Assembly: GCA_026023565.1 (NCBI GenBank)
Contig: JAPETS010000003.1
Span: 248,001 to 312,000, forward strand
DNA from: Cirrosporium novae-zelandiae
Lineage: Eukaryota
Direction: 5' to 3'
DNA length: 64,000 nucleotides
Below the pieces are notes generated by a model, which had not been told where the DNA came from, ran no database searches, and saw nothing but the letters and a program-made list of their open reading frames with translations. A program made the position numbers and the translations under genes. Below, one piece after another: positions 38,929 through 51,978 of this stretch (within the stretch, counting starts at the first letter, position 1; each line of letters begins with the position of its first letter).

Positions 38929-40194
38929 TTCAGGCCGCCATATGGAAAGAAAATGGAATGCGAAGAATATTATTATTGAATGATATTGGCGCCGAAGATA
39001 GGGATGTACTCGAGTAATGCTTGGCTTTAGATTTGTGATTGTTATTAGGTTAGACTATTGGTTGCATTTGTGTCCTCGACGGCTAGAGAAGGGAGTTGGA
39101 TAAAGTTCAAGGGAAAAGAATTCTTGTCAGGCGCTTTCTACCAGTTGAAGAGAAAAGATTAATCGCTGTAGACTTTTTCTTTTCAATTTCTTCATCTTTC
39201 ATTCATTCACAACAAAGAAATGGTTGAAACTGAGCAAGTCGGGAAGTTATGGGATCGGGGTGCATCGGGGTGCATCGGGGTCTATTCATAGGCGTTTGAG
39301 CTGAGAGGAATACTTCCCTTGGCCGAAGTTCCTTATCAATAACTTAACAACAACAAACCTTTTTCATTTCCCAACTTGGTAATCATCCTTATTTTCCTTA
39401 TCTCTGATTTCCCCCCCCCCCCTCCCAACTTCCACACAAAAGCCTCAAAATCCCAAAACATGTTGCACACGACCATAAAAAAAAGGCTGGGGACTTGAAT
39501 AATAAGAAAAGAGAAAGATTACTGGGTCACCACGAGTGGTCATATTAATCATTCCTTGGTTTAATATTTCTTACCTAATCCTTGTCATCTGCTTCATTTT
39601 CGGATTACTTGCTCCTTGGCCGTCGCTATACGATACCGTTGCCGCATGACTGGCACTTACTCTCCACTATGACTAGACTTCCCTCCTGACTTTCTCTCTT
39701 TCTTAGTTGTCTTTTTTGACTCGCCAATGCTTATACTGGCTTTTTGATTTCAACATTTCCCCAGACATATAGATATCTATCTATTGTACCTCTATTCTTT
39801 ATAGAGAACTCTCTCTCTCTATTCGTTTCCTGAAGCCATTCTCTTCATCTAGACCCATCTTTTTTAATTCATGCATACCTAATCTAACAGTTACACGACT
39901 CAACCTCTGGTCGCATCTTTATCCCTCGTTGCCAACCCCTCACGGACCGTTGAATCCATCTGGCGATCTTATCCGAGCATCATAGTGGAGAGAGATCAAG
40001 GTGGCTTGCTGAAGCTGTAATCCCCGAAGTCTGAATCGAGACCTGAGAACAAAAACCAGGTGGCTTCTCTCACCTGCCACCCCTCTGATTTCCATCTTTA
40101 TACATCTTCGAGACACATGCTGAAAGAGAACCAATGAGCGAATATCTTCCGAAATCAACACGTCTATCGTCATAATTTCGAATTATCATACATC

Positions 40195-41586
40195 ATGGCT
40201 CCTTGGTCCTCTCTCGATACCCTTGCGTTGCCAGATCATTGCACACCTACGAGCCCCTTCTTAGAGCATCTATCGACACGCCTCAATACATGCATCCCGA
40301 CTCCTCTAGCTCTCATTTCATCCATCCTTGGTACAATGAGTATTGTCTCGTGGCTCTTTGCACAGTTACCTCAGATATACAAAAACTACACCATCCAATC
40401 GACCGCTGGTCTGTCATTCTACTTTCTATTAGATTGGTTTCTCGGAGATTCAACGAACTTGTTAGGAGCGATATTCACAAGGCAGGCTGGATGGCAGATA
40501 GTGGTAGCAGGATATTACTGCTTCGTCGATATGTGTCTGGTTAGCCAATACTTGTGGTACTCGCACATTAGACACTGGAAAAATCGACGATGGAATTCCA
40601 ACGACCAAGACACATCTCGTTACGATGAAGATGGAGCTGGTGTTATTGACGGCATCAGTCCAGTTGATGGCCCTAGTGACGGACCAAATTCGTTTTACGC
40701 TCAGAGTTCCAGGAAAGACGACAGAAGTGGGTCACAGTCAAAGTCAAAACTTAATGATGCTTCCCTAGCTTCCGAATTAGCATCTTCTTTCCGGGAAAAG
40801 ACAAATAAGGTCTCAGGTCCCCGCTCTATTCGACATAGTGGAGGTACCTCCAACTTCCCCCTCGCTCCCTCACCCCGCTCTGTATTTTTCGTGTCACTCC
40901 TATGTGCCGTGCTATCCAACGCCGCCCCAATATCCCCCCATCCTGTCGCCTCAACTTCGTATACTACTTCTACAACCTCCAGCTCATCTGTAGAACTTGC
41001 TGGCCGTATCCTCTCTTGGTCCTCTACTCTTCTCTACCTAAGTAGTCGTCTCCCCCAACTCTACAAAAATCATATTCGACGCAGCACCGCAGGGCTTAGC
41101 CCCATTCTGTTCATTGCTGCCTTCTTCGGGAATCTTTTCTACAGCACATCCATCCTCACAAATCCATGTGCCTGGAACAGCTATCCCCCATATGGCGGTC
41201 ATGGCTGGGCCGGTAGTGAAGGAAGTGACAGATGGACGTGGGTGAGCCTGGCGGCTCCATTCTGGCTCGGTGCTGCTGGAGTACTGGCCATGGATGGGGC
41301 AGTGGGGGTGCAGTTTTGGCTGTTCAAGGTTGTGGAAGAAGAGAAAGGTGACGAGCCGCTTCCATCGCCACTATCTGCGCCAATTATCAAGGTTCAGGAT
41401 ATGAAAGGAAGGAGCCATTGGAGGAAGGTTAGTGGGTGGATGAGAGGGTGGGTGCCTAGCGTAACACCAGGGATGGGAACACCGATCGAGAGCGAAGGAT
41501 TGCTCTCTAGACGGTTACGCGAAGAGGAAAGAGAAGAGGAGAGAGAAAGAGAAAACGGTGAAGCTAGAAGATACGGGACTCTCTAA
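40195..41586 (+). CDS. PQ-loop vacuolar amino-acid transporter (Ypq/PQLC2 family)
   Basis: Two PQ-loop repeats: AQLPQIYKNY..STAGLS..WFLGD..NLLG and SRLPQLYKNH.RRSTAGLS...GNLFY; C-terminal YGTL. Confidence 0.92.
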   Translation: MAPWSSLDTLALPDHCTPTSPFLEHLSTRLNTCIPTPLALISSILGTMSIVSWLFAQLPQIYKNYTIQSTAGLSFYFLLDWFLGDSTNLLGAIFTRQAGWQIVVAGYYCFVDMCLVSQYLWYSHIRHWKNRRWNSNDQDTSRYDEDGAGVIDGISPVDGPSDGPNSFYAQSSRKDDRSGSQSKSKLNDASLASELASSFREKTNKVSGPRSIRHSGGTSNFPLAPSPRSVFFVSLLCAVLSNAAPISPHPVASTSYTTSTTSSSSVELAGRILSWSSTLLYLSSRLPQLYKNHIRRSTAGLSPILFIAAFFGNLFYSTSILTNPCAWNSYPPYGGHGWAGSEGSDRWTWVSLAAPFWLGAAGVLAMDGAVGVQFWLFKVVEEEKGDEPLPSPLSAPIIKVQDMKGRSHWRKVSGWMRGWVPSVTPGMGTPIESEGLLSRRLREEEREEERERENGEARRYGTL

Positions 41587-42877
41587 ACGGAGAAGGGAAG
41601 GGAAGGGCATGCTTCATTGCGGCTATGGTATGACTTAATAACGGCGTTTGTGTCTGAATTACAGATGCCAATGCATCTACATCAACTACCGGATTATCCC
41701 CAGCTCGGATTCTGAACCGAGACTGGCGTTTGGTATATCCCATGTATATCCCATGTATATCCTTTATTCATTCCCGGTTGGGTTTTTATTTATTTTTTTC
41801 GGATACTTCTTTCTTGCCTGGGTAGGCATTATAGCATGGGCACGGTTTCGCATGGCGAACAGGGAGACCTTGCATTTACAGTTAAATTTGCATCTGGGAC
41901 ACGGATTCCTAAATCGTGGGCGTATAATATTACTCTATATACCGATTCCAGCACATGTATTTTTTTTTCCCTTCTTCTTTCTTCTTTCTTCTAGATAGTT
42001 ATATGGTACGGCACTACTTAGTTGGCTACATTAGACACGACACGACACGACGCAACAGACCAGCGAACCGGACTCATCCATCCCATTTACTTACGAGATT
42101 GACTGCATTTATAAAGCTAGAATTAAATTTTATATGAATATGGATATATATATATATAACTTAGAATCGGAATTAGGATTAGAATTTTTAGAAAAGGGGT
42201 TAGGTATCGAGGAAGTCAGTCGTACTATACTACGCGTTTTTGGTATGTTGGTGTAACCGTGTGTTGTAGATATGGATTGGGGGGATAAGGGATAAGGATA
42301 CTAAAGGGCTCCTGGATGTTGGTGTTACATACCGTACCCTCCAGCAAACCAGCAAGCAAGACAACCAGGCAAACCAACCAGGCAAATAACTCTATCCAGC
42401 AAGCAAAGCAGGTAAGATGTAGTTGCAGATGTAGAAGGGTATAATAATTCATGAAATAGAAGGTCGATTGCTACTAAGGAGGACGGCGGACGACTAAGTA
42501 GGCATTAAGTCTTAACGCGGCTTGGAAAAACTAGGATCTGTAAGCTGAGGGTTACAATTGATCTGACTTTCTTACTTTCTTACATGAAAAGCAGCAGAAT
42601 ACAGTTGACAGGATTTAGAATGGTCTTGTGAATAGACTGACTGCCAAGGTACAGCTACACGCCTTCAATTGGTATCGATTTCGGCCCTGTCAAGCCTTCG
42701 CCATATTACATACACGCATACAGTATATATAACTTGAATCCCTGTCCTGAGCACGTATTGATATCCACTTCGTAAACGGTTAAGCAGACATATTGTAGAC
42801 GCTTAACCTTCGTTCCTCCGTATTATCTAAGCCTAAAGTGGCCGTGAGTGTAGGGTATACACTAGTATTACCCTACA

Positions 42878-44334
42878 CTACGACCATCCTATATCTGGCT
42901 TCCGGCCATAGACGACATAACTAAAACAATGTTTAGAATTCTTAGCTGTACTCCTTGCTAGTTTGGAAGCTTGTCAAAAACTTACGCCCACTGGTACGAG
43001 TTGAATCTTGTGCTATGCAGTGCAAGTCTAACATACGCACAGAACACATCGATCTGTATCTGATTCCACTTTTAAGCATTGCGAGTCAGCTGTGTTATAT
43101 CTAAAGCGATGGATGTTGAATAAGAGACACAACTCACCTTCATCTTCTGGCTCAATAGCCAGGACGACATATCGCTTACACCTGTATCCAACCTCAACAG
43201 ATTCAACTGTCCAATAATACGCTCTTTCAGATCATCAGACCAACCCCCAATCGGCCGAAGAACCTTGCGTTCCACGACATCGATGAATCCAGTATCTTCC
43301 ATCCATCCCTTTATTTTATGTGCCATGTCGTAATCCATTCCATTTCTGAGGGACGCCTCTTGCAAGAGAGGCCCCCATTGAGTGAGAGCCGGACTACTAG
43401 CTTCATCTATGCTAAAAATCTTAGCTTGGGATTCGGCATGTTCGAACCAACCACCGGGATTGAGGGACCTGTTCATCCCTGGGGTTAGAATTCATCCCCC
43501 AGAGTCACATAATAGCAGAAGGAAAAGAAAACTGGGTCGAACTTGTAGATATCCTCGTATAGAGTGGGCCAGTTTGGAACAGAGCCGAAGAGTTCTCGAG
43601 CATGGATAAAGTCATATCTGGGTGGTGTGTCAACCCATGCAGCATTGTAATCATCCATCTCAAAGGTGACATTAGGTGGGGCGCAGGAAAGCTGGATAGG
43701 CGAAATGTCGATTCCTTTGACTTCTGCCAAAGGGAAGTCATTTCCCACATCTCTAGGGATTAAGAATCCGGGCGTTAGCTAGCCAAATATCCTGCTTGAA
43801 TATAAACGTAACTGCACTTACGTAGCCCAAAGTCCAGTTCCAGTTCCTAAGTCCAATATCTTTTGGGGATTTTTCACTGGAGCTAAGAAATATTTGCCAT
43901 CCAATTCGACGGTCCAGAGATGATGACTTTCCACATAATTAGTTAGCCTCTAGAGGATATTATCGGATGATGATTGATCATTCAAGAAAGTGCATAAAGG
44001 TTTAAATATCGATTGCCAGCGGTATATGAGACACGTTCGTTACCTAATAACCTGTAGCTCCTGAGCGTGCTCATCATTCGGAAAAAAGTAATTATGCATC
44101 CCTATTACCAGTACCGAGCATGAGCATTGACAGGCGCCCATCCGCTAGGGTTTGCAGACCATCCTTACCATAAGAATGATATCTTCTTCCATTTACCATT
44201 CGAAAGTAAAAAGCTGATCCTGAAGAAGTTGTCTCGCTTTCGTCTGGCAGAGGATAGGCTGTTTCTCCATCATTGAAGTCTCCATTCACTCCATTATCTC
44301 CCGCAGGTTGTGGGGCCTGTTCTGTATTAGACAT
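42878..44334 (-). CDS. Class I SAM-dependent methyltransferase, LaeA-like family; multi-exon
   Basis: NGRRYHSY, YFFPNDE, ILDLGTGTGLWA, GIDISPIQ..PPNVTFEMDD, YDFIHARE, LNPGGWFE and YVVYGRKP. Confidence 0.88.
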
Positions 44335-44713
44335 TCGAATGAAAATTGAAATGGGAATCAGGTCCAACCTCTTCCGAAGGCATGGTAGGGGGAAATAAGA
44401 GGTAGACAACCACCTGAAATAGAAAGCCAAAAAGTCTCAAAAACTGGAACCAAGAATAAGAATGGAGAAAATCAAATTCAACCCATGGAGCTGCTCTAAT
44501 ATTAATAGGTTTTCGAACGAAACGATGAAGAAGGAGCATCTAATAATATCCTTTCCCGGAAGGTATTCTTCAATTAACCAAAGCAGATGCTATGTCCAAT
44601 CAAGAAAGAAAGTATCAATGCTACTATACCCATAGCCAACCGGACTATACTTATGCAAATATTTTCTCACCGTAATCCTTTTTGAGAGATGTCTCGCTTG
44701 CATTGCTCAGAGA

Positions 44714-44823
44714 ACTGAGAGGTGGTTCGCATGTTTGAAGACCTCCCCAAGGTCACTTTTCTAGATTTAGTCGTTTTTATTTTTAAGCGACTGCACCTTT
44801 TAGCATGCGACTCTCCTTTGGAC
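44714..44823. mobile_element. MITE-like element, TIR type C (short form)
   Basis: GAGAGGTGGTTCGCATGTTTGAAGACCTCCCCAAGG ... TTTAAGCGACTGCACCTTTTAGCATGCGACTCTCC. It is the reverse-complement counterpart of 51979-52087. Confidence 0.75.
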
Positions 44824-44962
44824 CATCTATTGCTACCGTTAATCACCACTTACGAGCTATAGTTAATTAATACAATTTATTATCATTATCACCCAAGTCT
44901 TTGTGATGATCTATGAATTAACCATAAATGGGATACCCATAGTCCTCCAACCCCACTGCCTA

Positions 44963-46867
44963 TCAAGCATGTGAAGTTTCCAGCCTTCCTAGGAACTCTA
45001 CACCAACCTCTTTGATAAGTGGCTCATTCGCCAAAGCTTCTATTTTCCCCTTCTCTATTACCATTCCAGCCGTGTCCATTACCTTTAAAAGATCCAAGAC
45101 TTCCCCGCCTATAGGAGCGCAATAAGCCAATAAGCCAACCGTCAACAAGAGTCCATGGAACGTTTCGACGCTAGATTCCTCGGCCCTCAGAGCTTCCAGC
45201 AAGGATGCTATTAGTTCAACCTGTGCACCCTCTGGGAACACTTCCTTTTCCTCCTCTATTCTCATCTTGTGAATGTACGCAGCAATATTGAACGCTACCG
45301 AGCTTGCTGAAACACGGACATTCGCATGCTTTTGATCCAGGAAGCTTGAAGTCAATATCTTCAGCATTTCGTCTCCTAATTCTAGATTGGTACATAACTG
45401 ATGTGCAAATAGTGAGGAAGTGAATAGGTTGGATGCCAAGTGAAGAGTGACAACCCGGAGGTTATACGGACAGTCTGCGAGTTGTGCTACATGTGTAAAC
45501 ACTGCGTTGACGGTCTTCTGCTCTTTCTCACCAGCAAAATAACCACTAGCTCGAGGGTCAGCAACTGTCATGCGAAAGAGATCCACTACTGTAAACAAGG
45601 CCTCCTGGGGGAGCTTCTTCAAGCAAGATACGATAAAAACCCCAAATGCACGAAGATCTGGAAGTGTTGCCAAGTTCGATCCAGAGGCCTCCCGAGTTGA
45701 AATGTAGTTTAGCATACTAGTCACTGATTTGTCTTTCCCTTCGGGTCCCATTTTTGACACTAGTTTTTGAAGCGGAGGGATTTTGTCATAGATGACAGGT
45801 TTATAGTTCGTTCGCTGCAAACTAAGAAGTCGGAAATTTAGATGTGGATGTTGCGGCCAAGCCATTTGAACAAGCAAGAGTATATTTCCTCGCAGCTGGG
45901 CTTCATTAGCCCCCACCCATTCATTTTCCTTATTTCCTTTCAAAAAGGTCATCAAAGTAGGGGTTGCTCGAACTTGATACTTTGCCCCTACATCATATGC
46001 GTGGTTGAGGTCGACCTTTATGAGAGTGGCCTTCCCAGAAAATTCAGCGGCAAGTTCATCGTATGCCGGATAGATGATCTTGCATGGAGAACAGGTAGAG
46101 GATGTAAAGAATATGACTGCACAAGAGCCATTAGCTGCTGAAAGTAGAGTCTCAAGTTCTCGCAGATTCGTAACATTATGAACCTTGCCAGGCGCGTTAG
46201 ATCCATTAATTGACAAGCTACCGTGAACGTTTAGCTGGCTAGATTGCCCTGGTTGGTGACTTGGGGCTTGCGGAGCCTGTGTTAAAGCATCAAATTGAGG
46301 TCGGATCATTTGGCCCAGTGGGGTATTCAAGAAAGTGTTTGGGACATCTAGGATTTTCTGGGGTATCCCTGATCCAACGAGGAATGTGCAAAGGTCATTG
46401 GAGAAGATATTGCAATTCTTGAAGAAAAGATCATATGTCTAGATGCGTCAGATGGGGACTTAGGAAAACACTCTAACAAAGCGATTTCTCACCTCTGAAG
46501 TGTAGACTTGCTTTAATGAGTCTAAGTATTCATATATCAAATCCAGAGGCAACTCTGTCCGTCCCATATCGAGGACTTCGATTGGTTGCCCATGATGACT
46601 TGATCCAGGATCGCAAGTTTGAATACCTTGTCCAAAATAGAATTCGGTATTGTCAAAGACTACAGATGTATGATAGATAGCATCAATCTGAGTTCCGATA
46701 AATGCAAGAGAATGCTATTATGTTTAATGTCTGCTTCATATAAATTATATGCGTAACTTACCGTTCTTGCTAGGCCCTAAATAATATTAGAATATGCCGA
46801 TGTCACAAGTAGAGCAATATTCGTAACTTACCCGAGATAAATCATACACGTAAAGCTTAACATCCAT
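44963..46867 (-). CDS. PPPDE (deSUMOylating isopeptidase)-thioredoxin-PUL domain protein; includes a ~15-nt microexon (GLART)
   Basis: MDVKLYVYDLS, AIYHTSVV, YDLFFKNCNIFS (catalytic His/Cys), thioredoxin-like CSPC..VRATPT and a PUL-like helical C-terminus. Confidence 0.9.
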
Positions 46868-47380
46868 GGATGCTGCTTTGTTGTGAGCCTAAGGACTTCG
46901 AGCTGGAATAATGTATTTTAAAGAATTCTTTAAGATAGAGAATGATCTTTAGGACAGGAAACCAGCAAGTATTTATATTTGATCCTTTACCTTCTAGTAC
47001 CTAGGAACTCATTTCAAGACACGCAACTGCAGATGCCTAGGATGACACAAGAAGTGAGTGTTGTTAATTAGCGCCATACGCTATGCTACTTTTGGATTCT
47101 CACGAACCTCTCACTTCAACATTTAGAGTACTCGCTGTCTGTTATCGACCTGCATGTAATTATTAACACCTCTATAGCTTGATGCTTGCTTGCCCCTTGC
47201 TATAATATAATTAACTGACCAGTCAGCCCCCTGTTACATCATGTGACCGACAGTCTAGTCTATTCCTTTCCCTACACGGCAGCACTCAAATAGCATTGTC
47301 GGCATCAGTATTTGTAGCAGCTTTCGATATATCGTTATCAGGGTTTCTAAGAGTCCAGTGATAGCCGTTGAAGAGAGCTA

Positions 47381-47539
47381 GCCACGCGGGACTCACATTT
47401 ATTTTTATCTTTTGGACTTTAAAGAGGCCTTAAAATTAAATTGTTACAGAAAACTGATTTTGTTTGAAGGCCTCTCTAGAAACATTTTTCCGATTCATCT
47501 TTTGGGTGATGAGTCCTGTTTATTTTGGGACCCGCGTGC
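47381..47539. mobile_element. MITE-like element, TIR type B, TA on both flanks
   Basis: TA|GCCACGCGGGACTCAC ... GAGGCCTTAAAA .. GTTTGAAGGCCTCTC ... TGAGTCCTGTTTATTTTGGGACCCGCGTGC|TA. Confidence 0.8.
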
Positions 47540-47765
47540 TAGCTATGCTCTTATTTTATTCGACGTAGTCGCTCTCGTCCAAAGGAGTGTGGTTTGTTGT
47601 ACAACATGTACAGCCTTAGCCTGATGCGGGGTAGACTCATATACTATAACTTCACAATTCAACGTATAATAATAACACGAACAAAAAAAACACGACGACC
47701 AAGTATTTACTCCCTCTGAAAGCTTGAACAAACAGAACACGCTAGCAACTAGCTTTAGAATTTTG

Positions 47766-50700
47766 ATGCAAGATGTGAGATCTAGGTTCATCCATCAGAA
47801 GCGATTTACTAGGAAGCTAATTATGTACTGTACAATAGGGCTGAGGACAAGCTGACCACAGCTCTGAATGCGTTTCAAACAAATCTGACTCCAGACCAAA
47901 AGATTCAGTTTGATAAATTCGTGGTTGATATGCCCACTGCTGATAAAGTCATTCGCTTCACCCATGAAATCAACGAGAAGAGTTCTAGCCGTAAAAGCCG
48001 GAGGCTTGCAACTCATATGAATGGAGTTTTGATCTCTGTTCAACAATACTGCTCAGCTGTCGACATTCCTGTTCAAGGGAACGAGACAGCCATGCTTGTT
48101 TGGGGCACCGTGAAGCTTGTCATTCTGGTACTTATCACTGGTTTTGGCATCGGAGGTGTTATTGATAGGTCTTACAATAGGCAGCCTCAAATTTCTCAGA
48201 TTATTTCGAAAAGCTGTCAGCCCAGTTTGCTCAGCTAGGAAGTTATTTTCCTCGATTCAATGAGTATGATAGACTCTTCGCTAATTCCACGCGGCTTCAA
48301 CGTGCACTAGCCGACTTTTACGCCGTCGTTGTTATATTCTGTTCCAGAGCATTAGGGGTTATCCAGGAAAAAGGTACAAAGTAGAGCAGAAGCTGGTTGA
48401 GACTAAATGCTAATACCTACGGGCTATCATAGGTATCAAGCAGTTTGCTAATTCTATTTGGAAAACCTTCAAGCACGACTTTGGAAGTTTGCAAGATAAC
48501 CTAAGCGTAGCGAAAGACGAAGTAGATGAAGAAATCAAACTTGCGTCTGAACAAAGCGCACATAACATGCGAGAGCTACAGCAAATTGAATTCAGAGAAA
48601 ATCACATTTATCGATCACAACAACTTACTGAAATTGAAGAAAATAAAGTCTTCCGTTCCCAACAAAAAATAGCATTGGCAGAAACTAAGGAGCTTGGGGT
48701 GCAAAAGCTTGCCAAGGACGATGGTAATAATATCACTTCTATTAAGGGGGAACCTGAGTTAACATCTTATGTTACTACTTTGGAGCGTCGGAAAGTTCGG
48801 TTACTACAAAAGGTATCAAATTACGACTATACTGCAAGTCTACGCCAGACACAAAGAAAGCGTTGTCAAAACACAGGTCTCTGGTTCTTTGAATGTGTAC
48901 AATTCAAAAGATGGATTGAGGGGGATTTGTCGAAGTGTCTCTCATGTTCTGGAACTAGTAAGGGGCTTCATCTTTTCAATATACTATTGCTATGTATCTT
49001 ACTAATCTAGGCTCACTAAAGCTGGCTGTGGAAAAACAATCTTAACGTAAGAAAGCATTCCTATTTATGATTTCAGAATTGAATTCCAGGTACTGACAGG
49101 ATTAAATACTAGGGGACATGTGATCGACTACTTGAAGAAGATTTTAGCTAGCAAACAAGAGGCAACGATTGTTTACTACTTCTTCGATTTCACCCGAAAG
49201 GAATCACTGTCAATACTCACCTTCCTACGGAGTATTCTACAACAAATGATCCGACTCGAACATATCTCTCCAGAACTTGAACAAAAGCTAAAAGAAGTGT
49301 TCATCGGCCGTTATGGCAACCCAAGGGAACCGGATGTCTAAGAGTTGCAATCAATTATTACTACGTTGTGTAGTACACTGAAAAATACCTTCATTATTAT
49401 TGATGGTGCTGATGAAACGGAAAATGATAACTTTAAGTTTATCCTACAATTTTTGAACGGGTTACAACAATACCAAGCAGGCGTCAAACTTTTTATTGCC
49501 AGTACTCTTGATATCGATGCGGCAAAAATGCTTGATAACTGTCAGACTATTCATATCAAGCCTAGTCATCTCCAAACAGACATAGAGACATTCATCAATT
49601 CCAAATTACAGGAGGAAAGTGTTTCGAAAATGATCTCTACATGTGACCCGGCCTTACTCGACAATATTAAACAATTTCTGCGATCAGGGGCTCAAGGAAT
49701 GTACGATTAATATATTTCATTACATACTGGCACTTTCTAGATTAATGCTAATCCATGATTTTAGGTTTCTCTGGGTGGATTTGATAATAAAAGCGATATG
49801 CGACTCTTGTGAAGACGACCAGTCACTTGGTCGGATTCCGGAATTACTTTCACAGCTTCCAAAAGATGTCATGGGGCTATATTCTCGTGCATTGAAAAAA
49901 GTGCTAGGTACAGGAGACCAAAAAGAAATTGAAGTAGCTAAAAAAGCATTTCAGTGGATCATTTTTGCAAGACGGCCAATGTCCATTGGAGAATTAGAGG
50001 AAGCAGCTGCAATTACGACTGACCAAAGGTCTTGGAAAGAGCTGTCAGTTAGGTTCCCAAGCCCTTCGAGACTTAGCAAAATATGCGGCAATCTTGTCAC
50101 ATTTGATGAAGCTGAGAAGACGGTTTCCTTAGCACACCACACCGTCCAATCATTCTTTTCGGACTATGCTCATATGCCACCGATATCTAAATTTCACTTT
50201 CAACCAGATGAAATTGATTCTTATTTTGGAGATACGTGCATTACCTGAATTTCACAGACTTTGAAAAGTCGCCTACGACGACTTCTAATACGGGAAACGT
50301 TCAATGTTTAAACCAGCCTATAAATATAGTAGCGTTAAACCCTACATTTGGCTGGCTACGGTGCTTGCATGGTCAAGGACGGAAGTTTGGTAGGACGCCT
50401 GAGATCGGCATTGAGAACCATATTCGAAATATCATGAGTGCAATCAACTCTTCGAAGAACAATCCCTGTTTTCAACTTTTGGAATATTGCCAAACCAATT
50501 GGCATTATCATTATAGAAATGTTTCTATGCATGATAATACAAGGGTTTCGGGGTTAACGAAGCTTATGCTAAAAGCAAATCTACCTTTTCAGTGGCAACC
50601 TTGGGATCCCTCAAACGATTTAGATCCATTCCCTCACTGGTCCATGTTTAATTGGGCAGTTCGTCAAGGTCATGGCCTAATATTTCAGACTTGGAAAGAT

Positions 50701-51553
50701 ATTACAAGTGAAAGCGACGTTAATGGCTCCTGGGAATTGCTTTTGTCCAGCGATGGAGACCATTTGTTCTGTTCAGCTTCCACCATGCGAAATGTTGAGC
50801 AGCTTAATATTCTTCTTCAAGGTCGTGCCGCATTGAAATCCTCTAAAATGATAGATATGAAAGGGGCCTCTGTTGGGATAGTAGTTGCTGGTGCTTTAGG
50901 ACATATAGAAATGGTTGAGCAATTACTCCAGGAGGATGTTAACGCCAATAGTGTTGGGACCTATTACCCCTATAATAAGACTGCGCTACAAGCTGCAGCC
51001 GAAAATGGCCATCTCGCTGTGGTTGAATATTTGGTTCAAAAAGGCGCTGATATTGAAGGTAATTGTTGTGAAATATCAATTCCACTTATATGGTCGGGGA
51101 AGAAAAGGGTGCGTAACAAGTAGTTGTATTTCCTTGAGGAACTACTAAGTACAGGTGTCCCCTTTTGTGGTGCGGACTTACTAAAGGATTAGTAAGTCAG
51201 CCCTAGCCCTAGTCTAGGTGCCTGAGGCACACATGCGGCCTCTCTACGATCGGCCTACTACTAAGTGGACCTCCTAGGATATTATTTACAACAGTAATAC
51301 TCAATATGGACAACAAACAACATTACAATTTGCCGCCGAAAATGGCCATCTCGCTGTAGTTGAATATTTGGTTCAAAAAGGCGCTAAGATTGAATCTGGT
51401 CCTAGATATGGAAAACGAACAGCACTTACTATAGCACAAGAAGGGGGTCATCAAGATATAGTAGAGGTACTCAGCGAAGCAATGAGGGAAAAGGATATAA
51501 ACCAGGCAAACCAAGCTCAACGCCTAGATGACTGTTGGCCATACAGTAGATAG
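47766..51553 (+). pseudogene. Fungal NLR-like STAND gene (N-terminal helical domain, NACHT, ankyrin repeats), disabled
   Basis: LVWGTVKLVI N-terminal motif, Walker A G.KAGCGKT, YYFFDF, Walker B IIIDGADE, GMFLWV, W...ARRP, C.NLV..D and ankyrin TALQAAAENGH. Lesions: TAA at 49339-49341, frameshift near 50245, LTR insertion at 51064-51293. Confidence 0.88.
51064..51293. mobile_element. Solo LTR (230 bp) with a 5-bp target-site duplication
   Basis: GTAAT|TGTTGTGAAATA ... TATTTACAACA|GTAAT. Removing the element and one TSD copy restores the ankyrin reading frame. Confidence 0.9.
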
Positions 51554-51978
51554 AAGGGAAGCACGGAAGATGTTGTTGCTTGCATGGATTCTAAAAACAT
51601 GGCAGATATACTTACAGTGTTCGTATCGGTAAAGCCAGATATGACCTTTAACTTCAGCTCTACCTTTATTAATAAAACGAATTTTTCAGATTACCCGGAA
51701 CGTGAAAAGGCTGACAGGTTTATCAAAATGGTTAGAATATTCGATGATGTCGGGTGCTACAGAGGATGTAAGTCTAAACAAAAATACTCTGGATGAATCA
51801 AAATTTCTGCCTACATGATAGGGACTCGGGTGAAGTTTGCAGAGGATCTACAGAATGGACTATTGCGCAATTACGATGGCCTCGGTATAATGTCACAGGT
51901 AACTTGAAATAAATATTAATATTATTAGATACAACAGTCACTAACATTATTTATCAGACAAGCCCATAATTCGACATG

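Noticed and set aside
51198..51218. CCCTAG repeats as a telomeric tract
   Set aside because: Only two to three units, located inside the solo LTR, and not TTAGGG.
51059..51277. Insertion in the ankyrin region read as an ordinary intron
   Set aside because: Splicing at the available AG sites gives a stop or a frameshift, while the 5-bp TSD and TG..CA inverted ends explain it exactly as a solo LTR.
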